Assembly: GCA_963676395.1 (NCBI GenBank)
Contig: OY781066.1
Span: 1,888,001-1,952,000 of the forward strand
Length of the DNA stretch: 64,000 nt
Direction: 5' to 3'
From: a bacterium
GTDB lineage: Bacteria; Fidelibacterota; Fidelibacteria; Fidelibacterales; Fidelibacteraceae
A program made the translations under genes and the position numbers. Each line of letters begins with the position of its first letter. The stretch's first letter is position 1. Of this stretch, positions 47,321 to 56,378 are shown one piece after another. A model generated the notes under the pieces. The model saw nothing but the letters and a program-made list of their open reading frames with translations, had not been told where the DNA came from and made no database searches.

Positions 47321-47349
47321 GTGGGGCGGACCTATGGGTTCGCCTTTTT
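47321..47349 (+). repeat. REP-like GTGG hairpin downstream of DUF4837 gene
   Basis: GTGG-GGCGGACC-tatg-GGTTCGCC-ttttt, preceded by aatatt like the 35034 copy. Confidence 0.5.
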
Positions 47350-47628
47350 ACTTATATATGGATTATTTTTTCTGATAGCTCTATCATTAAATGATTGATG
47401 CAATGTAAATCCGGTATATCTAGCCAGTTGGATTTTGTTGTTTTAAATGGATGTTCAAATTATTGACGACAATGATTTTCTAAAATTACTTTATTATCTT
47501 TAAGTGTTGAGAAAGTGTAGTTTTTTATTATCAAGTGAAATAATAAGCTGATTTGCAATGATCATATCATAATAATTTAAATGATATGATTGTTGGCTAT
47601 AGCATGATAAAAGCTATTTATTTCCCTG

Positions 47629-47662
47629 AAAAAAGAAAGGCTGTCAGATGACAGCCTTTCTT
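47629..47662 (-). terminator. Terminator of the large T9SS cargo gene
   Basis: aagaaaggctgtca-ga-tgacagcctttctt perfect inverted repeat with T-tract on minus strand. Confidence 0.85.
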
Positions 47663-47682
47663 GTATTGTAAACGGATTTCGT

Positions 47683-50600
47683 TTATTTCATGAAAGTCAT
47701 TTTCTTGACATCTACGAAATTTCCGGCTTTCAATCTGTAAATATACATACCGGTAGCAACTCCATTACCGAAATCATCACAACCGTTCCATGTAATACCA
47801 CGGTAACCGGCATTGATAGAACCATTGACTAGGGTTCTGATCTGGCGACCGGTCAGGTCGTAAATGACCAATGATACGTCTGCAACTTCAGGCAGATCAA
47901 ATTCGATCATTGTAGTCGGGTTAAAGGGGTTGGGGTAGTTTTGATGCAGAGCGAATTCGGCAGGAATACCAACTGTACTTACAACCAATGTGTCATTATT
48001 GAACCAGTAAGTGTATTCAGCTGCAGCAGCTGGGATGGTAAGATCGCGGTTTGGAGCACCATTGGGGAATTCACTCTTACCTGCATCCCAAGAACCGTCA
48101 ATACGGAACTTGAATGACTGAGTTGAAAATGGCATCAACGGAATAGTTACTGAGTAGGTGGTATCACCATCAAAGTCACTGAGTAGTGTCGATGTTGCGC
48201 CCCATCCATTCATTGTACCAGCAATATCAACATAGTTTGAAACTGGGTTGAAATTATCACGACGTAGCCATTCTTTCATGTTAACATTAAATGTAATGTC
48301 AACAGGTGAAAGAACCTGACGTTCAGTGAAACCATCGATATAAAGAACAACATCTTCGTCTACATCACTCTTCATGTGAAGATCGCCAACCATTACAGTT
48401 GTACCTTCAACCGTACCGTTACCATTGACCCAACCTTCAGCTTCATCATTTGCTAGATCAAATGATACAACTTGCCAGTCATTGGCACAAAGTGATACAG
48501 ATTTCCAGATCATGCGTTCATAGCCCGGGTTTTCTGTGATAGTTAAGGCCAAATCAACATTACCTGTACCTTTAACCATTAGAATGAGAGTAGAAGTGGT
48601 TTTTACGGTTTGAGCATATGGGTAAACATATGGCATTCTAATAAACCAGCCACCTTCAACGGCAGGATCATCAACGATAGTGATCTTACCTGACTTAGAA
48701 CCTTCATAAGCTTCTTCGTCTGATGCGGCGAGTGTTGAGTTGTCTTTTACGATACCAGAAGTAGAACCTGAGTATCCGGGAGTTTTAAAGTTAAATGTAG
48801 CACCTTCGAAACCTTCCATCAACATTGCTGCATCTTCAGGATGTGCGTCTGAGAAAGGAATGAGAACTTTAACTGTTTCTGTTGTGTCTGCTTCTGATAA
48901 AGTTCCACCTACAGGAGTAACGCCATCAACGATAAGAGCTACTTCTTCATCTTCAGTTAGAGGAACTGTAACCATAACAGCGTTTCCACCAACAGGAGCA
49001 ACGGCTGTTGCTGCAGTTGCTGTAGCGCCTTTTAAGACTTTAAAGTCTGCAACTTCGGCAGTTACATCCATGTCGAATTCAACATAGTATTGAGGAGCAC
49101 CATCAACAAGAACTACATCGGCATTTACAACCATAGGAGGTGCAGGGAAGTCGAATGTAAATTCAATGGTGTCACTCATAGTTTCTTTGCCCATAGGATC
49201 GGTAGCTTTAATAGCGATATTATATGTACCGTTCATTTCAAAAGGCGCATCCATATTTAATGGAATAACCATGAATGTATCGGTAGTTGTTGGCACATCA
49301 TCGGGACCTTCACCGATAAATACCCATTCGTATACGACTGAATCTTCATCAGCTGATTCTGTCCAATTAGCGAATAGAGCTTTAGCTGTATCACCAGGAG
49401 CTACAACAACATCAACTAAAGCAGGGTCATCCATTGAAGAAACTGTGTCGCCATCAACAGGGTTGATCCAAGCAAAGGCACCAGGAGCCTGATTTGTAAT
49501 AATATCTGATCTGAAACGAGGCATAACCTGAGGAGTATCATATTCACTTATAACACCAATCAAATCTATAGGCCATGATTCCGGTGCTTCAGAACCGTCA
49601 ACTTCAGAATCTCTATCAATACGCATTGTAAATTCATTAACACCATCGGTTAATGTAATGCTTGCATCATTACCTTCTGTAGGCCATGAAAAACCGTTTG
49701 TTGTATCAATATCATTAAGTTTTACCAGCATACCCTGATAATCACGAGAATCAAGATCAGCTACGGTAATAAGTGTAGGTTCTATAGCATTATCTTTGCT
49801 GAGGACTTGATAATTATCATCGGTATTTTGGATCTGAACAAGACCTTTGTATGTTGAGCGTTTACCGTAAATAAGAATTTCATCACCTTCTTCTACGATA
49901 CCGTCATTAATGAAATCCCAATCATACAGAGAAATACCTGCTGTGGCATCTTCCATAAAGATAGGTGCACCTGTGCTTACGTTTGTTACAACACCAACAC
50001 ATGCTGCCCATTCATAATTAGGAACGAGTTTTACATCGGCAATGCTTTCTGAAGGAACAACATCCATGTATTGGTCATCCCACATAACATTGTCAACCCA
50101 AACGGTATCTTGACCGGAAACATTTGAACCATAGATTCTAATATAGCCATCTTCACCGTCTGCAATACCCATAAGTGTAAATGTTGTCCAAACACCTTCA
50201 CTTACGATCTCAACAGCAACATCATCATTACCTAAACCTTGAACTGTAAGAGCAAGAGGAGTAGGAGCACCGGCCCATGCAACAGTCTTAATATCAACAC
50301 TTAGTTTATATAAAGAACCGTCAGTGGCTTTAATAGGGCGTTTTGCGATCATACTGAAACCGGCATCACTCAATCTAAGAGCGCTGTTTTCATGAGCTTC
50401 AACGGTCCAACCGTTAGCTTCGTCATGATGACTCCAGTTAGTTACATCGGCATCTGTATCAAATGTCAGGTCAAGATCATTGTTTGGATAAGCTGTACCT
50501 TCATCGGCACCGGCGTATGCAAGATAAATACCGCGGTCATCGCCATCGATATCTTCAACGATACCTACAGTTGGCATAACCAAGTTAACATCTTCATCTG

Positions 50601-52068
50601 AAGGTGCTGCAAGGTGTAGATCATCAGCTGCTGCGAATGTTACTTCAACAGAATCTGAGTTTGCATCTTGAACTGCTTGCCAATCTGCAAGAGCAGCGTA
50701 AGTTGTACCTTTAAAGTTTACTGCTATAGAAGCAGATGCAATAATATTATTATCTGATTCAAGAACAGATGTTGAAGGAATAAGACCAATCGCTGCAGAA
50801 CCTGCATTACCAGTATGTTTGTTTACAAGAATATTGTTTTTTGCGACAATATCTACCGGACCGGTACCATTGGAGTGGTTTCCGATCGCATACACAGGAT
50901 CCGTACAAGAGGTTTGATTCATAACGATGGTGTTATGGTAAACTTTTAGGTTACCCATTGGATTTGCTGAACGAAGACCAATACCGTATGTAGGATAAGT
51001 TTCACTTGCATGACCCATATCAATCATATTGTTTTCAATATTGATAGGGTCGCTGGCATCTTCACTGTTTCCAGCAAAAGCAACTCCCATTAGATATGAT
51101 GAAGCTTTTGTAGCAGCTTCAGGAAAAGAAATAGTATTTCCTTTGATTTCAGTTGGGCCAGAAGCACCGGTAACATAGATACCATGTACATAATTGTATG
51201 TGTAAAGACCAGCACCCGAAGTAGGAAGCATAGTGATATTGTTGCCATTAAAAACACAATCGTTTACAACGTAAGTTGCAATACCACGAGCGGCGGCATA
51301 AATATCATTATTTGTAATTATACCATTTGAAGGTCCTGCGCCGCTTCCCCAAACAGCAATACCATCACGCCATGCGGGAAAATCTTCAGAGCAAATTTGA
51401 CAGTTGTCCACTACCCAGTTTTCTATACCTGCTACATCATTTTGTACAGCACCATATCTAAAACCTGTTGTAACACCATCAATATTTCTAATGATTAGGT
51501 TCTTTAATGTAATGTTATCGGCATCAGCTGTGTTTAATCCGAATGGTACTCTTGTATCATTTGTTTCAGTTGTAACCAATAGATTACGAGAATCTGAACC
51601 ATCATTACTTCCGTCAAAGGTTACATAACCTTTGTCAAAACCAATCATTTGTATGCCGTTACCTCTTGAAGCACCGGGTGTTACGATAAGAACTACGTCA
51701 CGACCGGCTGCAGGTTTTACGGTTACACAAGAGTCAGCATTCAAGTCGGCTGTAAATGTAAACGATTTGTCTCTTAATGTATCAGCATCAAGAATGAAGT
51801 TTATCATTCCACCTGCACCATTTGCGTTGAGCGAATCAACAGCAATGGATAAAGAATCAAAACCCATGGGGTTCGCTCCTTTGGGAATGTAGTAATCGCC
51901 TACTAATGGAACGCCACTTGCGACCATTACCTTTGCAGGTGCAGGCATTAGTAAAGCTCTATTCGCCATTTTTTCTGCCCAATCTTCATCGGGAGTTGCA
52001 TTCACATTGGCAAATGCAAAAACAGAAAAACAGAGAAAAGCTAACAATGCAATAAACACTTTTTTCAT
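47683..52068 (-). CDS. 1461-aa secreted multidomain protein with T9SS/FlgD-Ig C-terminal domain
   Basis: Signal peptide; Asn-rich beta-helix-like region; OB-like region (LEG-like YQGMLVKL); CBM-like regions; QNYPNPFNPTT...IYDLTGRQIRTL...GMYIYRL...KKMTFMK. Confidence 0.85.
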   Translation of the reverse strand: MKKVFIALLAFLCFSVFAFANVNATPDEDWAEKMANRALLMPAPAKVMVASGVPLVGDYYIPKGANPMGFDSLSIAVDSLNANGAGGMINFILDADTLRDKSFTFTADLNADSCVTVKPAAGRDVVLIVTPGASRGNGIQMIGFDKGYVTFDGSNDGSDSRNLLVTTETNDTRVPFGLNTADADNITLKNLIIRNIDGVTTGFRYGAVQNDVAGIENWVVDNCQICSEDFPAWRDGIAVWGSGAGPSNGIITNNDIYAAARGIATYVVNDCVFNGNNITMLPTSGAGLYTYNYVHGIYVTGASGPTEIKGNTISFPEAATKASSYLMGVAFAGNSEDASDPINIENNMIDMGHASETYPTYGIGLRSANPMGNLKVYHNTIVMNQTSCTDPVYAIGNHSNGTGPVDIVAKNNILVNKHTGNAGSAAIGLIPSTSVLESDNNIIASASIAVNFKGTTYAALADWQAVQDANSDSVEVTFAAADDLHLAAPSDEDVNLVMPTVGIVEDIDGDDRGIYLAYAGADEGTAYPNNDLDLTFDTDADVTNWSHHDEANGWTVEAHENSALRLSDAGFSMIAKRPIKATDGSLYKLSVDIKTVAWAGAPTPLALTVQGLGNDDVAVEIVSEGVWTTFTLMGIADGEDGYIRIYGSNVSGQDTVWVDNVMWDDQYMDVVPSESIADVKLVPNYEWAACVGVVTNVSTGAPIFMEDATAGISLYDWDFINDGIVEEGDEILIYGKRSTYKGLVQIQNTDDNYQVLSKDNAIEPTLITVADLDSRDYQGMLVKLNDIDTTNGFSWPTEGNDASITLTDGVNEFTMRIDRDSEVDGSEAPESWPIDLIGVISEYDTPQVMPRFRSDIITNQAPGAFAWINPVDGDTVSSMDDPALVDVVVAPGDTAKALFANWTESADEDSVVYEWVFIGEGPDDVPTTTDTFMVIPLNMDAPFEMNGTYNIAIKATDPMGKETMSDTIEFTFDFPAPPMVVNADVVLVDGAPQYYVEFDMDVTAEVADFKVLKGATATAATAVAPVGGNAVMVTVPLTEDEEVALIVDGVTPVGGTLSEADTTETVKVLIPFSDAHPEDAAMLMEGFEGATFNFKTPGYSGSTSGIVKDNSTLAASDEEAYEGSKSGKITIVDDPAVEGGWFIRMPYVYPYAQTVKTTSTLILMVKGTGNVDLALTITENPGYERMIWKSVSLCANDWQVVSFDLANDEAEGWVNGNGTVEGTTVMVGDLHMKSDVDEDVVLYIDGFTERQVLSPVDITFNVNMKEWLRRDNFNPVSNYVDIAGTMNGWGATSTLLSDFDGDTTYSVTIPLMPFSTQSFKFRIDGSWDAGKSEFPNGAPNRDLTIPAAAAEYTYWFNNDTLVVSTVGIPAEFALHQNYPNPFNPTTMIEFDLPEVADVSLVIYDLTGRQIRTLVNGSINAGYRGITWNGCDDFGNGVATGMYIYRLKAGNFVDVKKMTFMK

Positions 52069-52119
52069 GTGTTTCTCCTTCTGTTTGTTATAAACATGGT
52101 TGTTAATTCATTACCAAAA

Positions 52120-52148
52120 AATATATGACTTATATAGCATAGGCACAA
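52120..52148 (-). promoter_or_regulatory. Promoter candidate for the large T9SS cargo gene
   Basis: Minus strand TTGTGC-17 nt-TATATT, then SD AAGGAG. Confidence 0.55.
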
Positions 52149-52378
52149 TAGTTTTTTACAAAGGAAAGCCGCTGCTTTTATCTTTGTGGGTAATTTATGG
52201 TTTTATAAGAATATTGCTTAAATTTCGATAGATTAAAGGTGAAATATTTGTTATGTAAAAGATGAATTAGTAATAATTAATAATTTGGTGAGTAATTAAA
52301 GGTTTAGGATTTATGCCGATAGTAATAAATGTATAAAATGCAAGTGTGACTTTTATTTGGTGTGAATTTCTTGGGTAA

Positions 52379-52996
52379 TTATTGGTACTTTTTTACGATT
52401 TCTTCTAAGTCAATTTTGAATATGGAATACATCCCCATATTTCGAAGAATAGCTGCCGGATGATAAGTTACACGTAAACTGGTATTATGATAATGATAGG
52501 TAATGCCGCGCATATCTTTGAGTGCGTTTTTTGCCCTTAATAATGTGTTGGCAGCGACTCTTCCCAAAGCGATAATAACATTGGGTTTAATGATCTCAAT
52601 TTGTTTGTGTAAATAGTTTTCACAAAGGGCGATCTCTTCAGGAAGAGGATCACGATTTTTGGGAGGGCGACATTTTAATACGTTAGCAATGAAAATATCT
52701 TGGCGACTTAACCCGACTTCAGTAAGCACTTTGTCAAGCAACTTACCTGATCGCCCTACAAAAGGGACACCCATTTTATCTTCCTGTTCACCCGGGGCTT
52801 CACCCACAAACATGATGTTTGCGTCGGGATTTCCCGCTCCAAAAACAAAATGTTGGCGTGATGTGCTCAAATCGCATTTTTCACACTGAGAGATTTCGTA
52901 AAAGTAGTCTTCTAATGGATGTTTGTCCGGAGAAGAAATGATCTCTTTGCCGTATACATCTCGCATGTACTCGAGAAAAGGTAACTTTTCTTGCAT
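52379..52996 (-). CDS. Family 4 uracil-DNA glycosylase (4Fe-4S)
   Basis: CEKCDL, VGEAPG, PFVGRSG, NVLKCRPPKNR, TYHPAA. Confidence 0.95.
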   Translation of the reverse strand: MQEKLPFLEYMRDVYGKEIISSPDKHPLEDYFYEISQCEKCDLSTSRQHFVFGAGNPDANIMFVGEAPGEQEDKMGVPFVGRSGKLLDKVLTEVGLSRQDIFIANVLKCRPPKNRDPLPEEIALCENYLHKQIEIIKPNVIIALGRVAANTLLRAKNALKDMRGITYHYHNTSLRVTYHPAAILRNMGMYSIFKIDLEEIVKKYQ

Positions 52997-53002
52997 AGCT
53001 GT

Positions 53003-54220
53003 TTATCCGTTTTGGGTAATGGTTTGCCAAATTTTATCTGCAGTCAATTTTTTACTGAGTTTTGGCAGTGGCATTATTTGCTTATCTTTTGATATAATCG
53101 TTACTTGATTGTTGTCTGAAGCAAATGCAGTATCCTTGTTTCTTGGATTATTTAAAATGATCCAATCCAAATTCTTTTTTATGATCTTTCTAATGGAATT
53201 TTCTGTTTCATTTTCTACTTCCACACTAAAGCCGATCAAAGTTTGGGATTCTTTGTTTTGTCCCAATTCTTCTAAAATATCCGGTGTTTTTTCAAGTGGA
53301 AGCATGTCAGGGATATCTTGCTTTTTTATTTTACCATTTCTGGCCCTGACGGGCCGAATGTCTTCAACGGCGGCGCTCATCACGACATAATCTTGTTCAG
53401 CGTAGTCTGATAAGACCGCTTTTCGCATGTCTTCGGCAGTATTTACACATGTTGTTTTGCAACCAATGGGAGCAGGTAGGGACGTCGGACCGGATATATA
53501 ATGAACGATCGCACCTGCTTTTGCAGCCGATTCTGCCAGGGCTTTGCCCATTTTCCCTGTAGAAGGATTCGAGATAAAACGAATATCATCAATATATTCG
53601 CGGGTAGGACCACCGGTAATTAATACGTGTTTATTGTAAAGTGGAGTTTTTTTTTGAGCCGACAGTGCTTTTTCCAGTTCGCTTAATAAGATCTGTTCAT
53701 CCGGAAGCCTGCCTATACCACAGCCTTCTTCGTTGGTGGCAAGTTCACCTGTCGTTGGTTCAATGATATGATATTGAAGACTTTTTAAGTATTCAATGTT
53801 TTTCTGCGTGACCGGATTAAGGTACATATGTTTGTTCATGGCGGGGGCAATAACGGTTTGCTCGGGTTTAGCTACCAATAGCATGGTGCTTAACTCATCA
53901 TCGGCTATACCGTTAGCCATTTTTGCAACAATATTACCTGTAGCTGGGATCACGGCTACAAGATCAGCACTTTGGACCAGATCAATGTGACGAGTACCCA
54001 CAATGCCGTTTTCTGCTTTGAACATGTGGGTAATAACTTCTTTACCGGAAAAGGTCTCAAAGATCAACGGTGTCATAAACTTTTGCGCGGACTCGGTCAT
54101 TACCACCTGAACATTGCATTCAAGGTCGCGGGTTAGGCGGCGTAAAAGTCCGGCAACTTTATAAATTGCTATACCACCCGTTATTCCCAAAACGATTGAT
54201 TTTCCGCGTAAAGCAGACAT
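53003..54220 (-). CDS. coaBC: Phosphopantothenoylcysteine decarboxylase/ligase
   Basis: GITGGIAIYK, PAMN, GIGRL, TGGPTRE, ISNPSTGKMG. Confidence 0.95.
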   Translation of the reverse strand: MSALRGKSIVLGITGGIAIYKVAGLLRRLTRDLECNVQVVMTESAQKFMTPLIFETFSGKEVITHMFKAENGIVGTRHIDLVQSADLVAVIPATGNIVAKMANGIADDELSTMLLVAKPEQTVIAPAMNKHMYLNPVTQKNIEYLKSLQYHIIEPTTGELATNEEGCGIGRLPDEQILLSELEKALSAQKKTPLYNKHVLITGGPTREYIDDIRFISNPSTGKMGKALAESAAKAGAIVHYISGPTSLPAPIGCKTTCVNTAEDMRKAVLSDYAEQDYVVMSAAVEDIRPVRARNGKIKKQDIPDMLPLEKTPDILEELGQNKESQTLIGFSVEVENETENSIRKIIKKNLDWIILNNPRNKDTAFASDNNQVTIISKDKQIMPLPKLSKKLTADKIWQTITQNG

Positions 54221-54223
54221 GGT

Positions 54224-54508
54224 TTACTCTTCGACTTCTAAGTCTTCGTCAAGTTCTTTGTCTTCTTCGTATTCGAATTCAATTTCACCGCGTTCATATT
54301 CTTCCATAGCGAGTGAAGCGGGTTTTTCGAATGAATCGAAATCTACATCGCTTTCAACGAATTCATCACTTTCCAGATCGACCATGTTTTGGATAGGGTA
54401 TTCTTCATTCCGTCTTTGATTGATCTGACGTGCGCGTTTTGCCATCACGGTGATCGCTTCAAAAATGTCATCCGGGCGTTCGCCTTTAAAACGGAAATCT
54501 TTTTTCAT
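54224..54508 (-). CDS. rpoZ: RNA polymerase omega subunit with acidic tail
   Basis: FEAITVMAKRARQI, EKPASLAMEE; gmk-rpoZ-coaBC synteny. Confidence 0.88.
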   Translation of the reverse strand: MKKDFRFKGERPDDIFEAITVMAKRARQINQRRNEEYPIQNMVDLESDEFVESDVDFDSFEKPASLAMEEYERGEIEFEYEEDKELDEDLEVEE

Positions 54509-55077
54509 TGGATTGCCTCCAGTTTATTCATAATAAGGGTCTCTATGTTTAAGACCGCATCATTTAATTTATCATTAATTATGATGTGGTCAAACTTTTC
54601 TTTTTCTTTGCGTTCTTCGGGTATGCGCGATAAACGTTTCTGTAATGAGGTTTCATTTTCACTGCCGCGATTACGTAAACGGTCTACCAGTGTCGCCATA
54701 TTGGGCACGTCAATAAAGAATGATATCTGATTTTCAGGATACTCGTTTAAGATGTTTAAAGCACCTTTTACATCAATATCAAGAATATAAACTTTACCTT
54801 CGTCCAATGCTTTTTCCAAGGGCTCACGTGGTGTTCCGTAAAAATCTGTATGCACATGTTCGTATTCAAGCAGTGCTTTATTCTCAACTTTGTCAAGAAA
54901 GTCTTCTTTCTTGATAAAGTGATAGTGCTGGCCGTCGATTTCGCCTTCGCGAGGTTCTCGAGTTGTACATGATACGGAGAATTCCCAGTCCGGATGCTTT
55001 TCTTTTAAAGCTTTAATAATAGTGGACTTTCCACCTCCGCTAAAGGAGACGAATATAATAAGTAGACCTTTTCTCAT
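54505..55077 (-). CDS. gmk: Guanylate kinase
   Basis: SGGGKST, SCTTREPREGEIDGQHYHF, YGT, LDIDVKG. Confidence 0.96.
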   Translation of the reverse strand: MRKGLLIIFVSFSGGGKSTIIKALKEKHPDWEFSVSCTTREPREGEIDGQHYHFIKKEDFLDKVENKALLEYEHVHTDFYGTPREPLEKALDEGKVYILDIDVKGALNILNEYPENQISFFIDVPNMATLVDRLRNRGSENETSLQKRLSRIPEERKEKEKFDHIIINDKLNDAVLNIETLIMNKLEAIQ

Positions 55078-55949
55078 TGGATATTCTGTACCTGTTCTCT
55101 AACCGTTTCTAACTGGTTCTTAACTTCAACAACCAATTGCGAGATCTCACTGCTATTGGCTTTATTGCCCATGGTCGTAATCTCGCGATTCATTTCTTGT
55201 AATAAGAAATTCAATCGTTTTCCCACACTGTCGTTTTCTTTTAAATAAGCTTCAAATTGAATGATGTGTGATTTGAAACGGTCGGTTTCTTCACTGATAT
55301 CCAATTTATCTGCCATTTGGACGATCTCTTGGTGAAGCTGTGATTCATTGGGATCTTCATTCAGCAATGTGCTGATTCGAGAACGTAGTGTTTCGATATG
55401 CTTGGGGATATTATTTTTTTGTAAAGCAATGATCTTTTGCAACTGTGCATCCATGGAGGAGAGTTTTTCGGTAAATATTTGTAGAATGTATTCACCTTCT
55501 TTGTTTTCCATGTTTTTGAGCTCGACCAAGGCATTATCTAATATGGGTAAAATGTCAGTTTCCACTTGTTCCCGATCCAAGGAACTTTCTTCGAGTGTCA
55601 TGATCTCCGGTTGACTAAGTAGATCCTGTATACTGATTGGAGCATCAATGCCTGTTTCGTTTTTGATTTCTTGCAATGAGCTTACAAAGCTATCAAGAAG
55701 GCCCTTGTTCACGGAGTAGGAGGCTAGGGTACTGGTACTGGAATTTACATTTAGATAACAATGTACATTGCCTCGTTTAATATGCTTACGGATGTATTTA
55801 CGCATACTTTCTTCAAGAAAACTCAAGTATTTTGGGACCGAAATAAATACTTCAAGATAGCGGCTGTTTACCGATTTTATCTCAATTGCCACATCCATAT
55901 TTTGGATGTTTCCTTCCGCTTTTCCGAATCCTGTCATACTTGTCAGCAT
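55074..55949 (-). CDS. yicC: YicC/YloC endoribonuclease; start ATG 55949
   Basis: SMTGFG, EIKSVNSRYLE, DISEE, GKRLNFLLQEMNRE, REQVQNI. Confidence 0.95.
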   Translation of the reverse strand: MLTSMTGFGKAEGNIQNMDVAIEIKSVNSRYLEVFISVPKYLSFLEESMRKYIRKHIKRGNVHCYLNVNSSTSTLASYSVNKGLLDSFVSSLQEIKNETGIDAPISIQDLLSQPEIMTLEESSLDREQVETDILPILDNALVELKNMENKEGEYILQIFTEKLSSMDAQLQKIIALQKNNIPKHIETLRSRISTLLNEDPNESQLHQEIVQMADKLDISEETDRFKSHIIQFEAYLKENDSVGKRLNFLLQEMNREITTMGNKANSSEISQLVVEVKNQLETVREQVQNIQ

Positions 55950-56024
55950 AAACGCTCCATTTTTTAGCAACATAAGATACAATATTTGTTGATAAATCCA
56001 AGATAAAATATTGATTTTAAGTGT

Positions 56025-56052
56025 GTAAGACATGAGACCTAAGTCCTAAGAT
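56025..56052. repeat. Degenerate 7-mer tandem array upstream of yicC
   Basis: gtaagac atgagac ctaagtc ctaagat. Confidence 0.5.
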
Positions 56053-56323
56053 GGAATTATAAATGATAAATTATGCGCTGTTTAATGTGATGTAAAATGT
56101 GTGGAAGTCTGTCATTTTGATTATAACTAATTCCGAAGTGTTGATGGAAACGTAGCGTAGAGATCAGCTTATAGCTTGAACATGATAAAATATTGCAGAA
56201 GAGAAAGCCAAAATTGTGACTCGTGCTTGAATGTTGAGGTAAGCTCCGGGCACTTGATTTATAAAAATTAATTAATCACTCATTTGATTGTTCAAGATGA
56301 GTCGTCCGATTTTTAGTTTGTTC

Positions 56324-56355
56324 AAAAAAACCTCGAGTATAAGCCCGAGGTTTTT
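56324..56355 (-). terminator. Terminator of the OPT gene
   Basis: aaaaaaa-cctcgag...cccgagg-ttttt. Confidence 0.75.
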
Positions 56356-56378
56356 GAAATGATATTTGTCTCGTTTGT

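Noticed and set aside
55030..55060. Unusual gmk P-loop (VSFSGGGKST) as a sign of inactivation
   Set aside because: GKST and all GMP-binding motifs are intact; first P-loop positions vary among guanylate kinases
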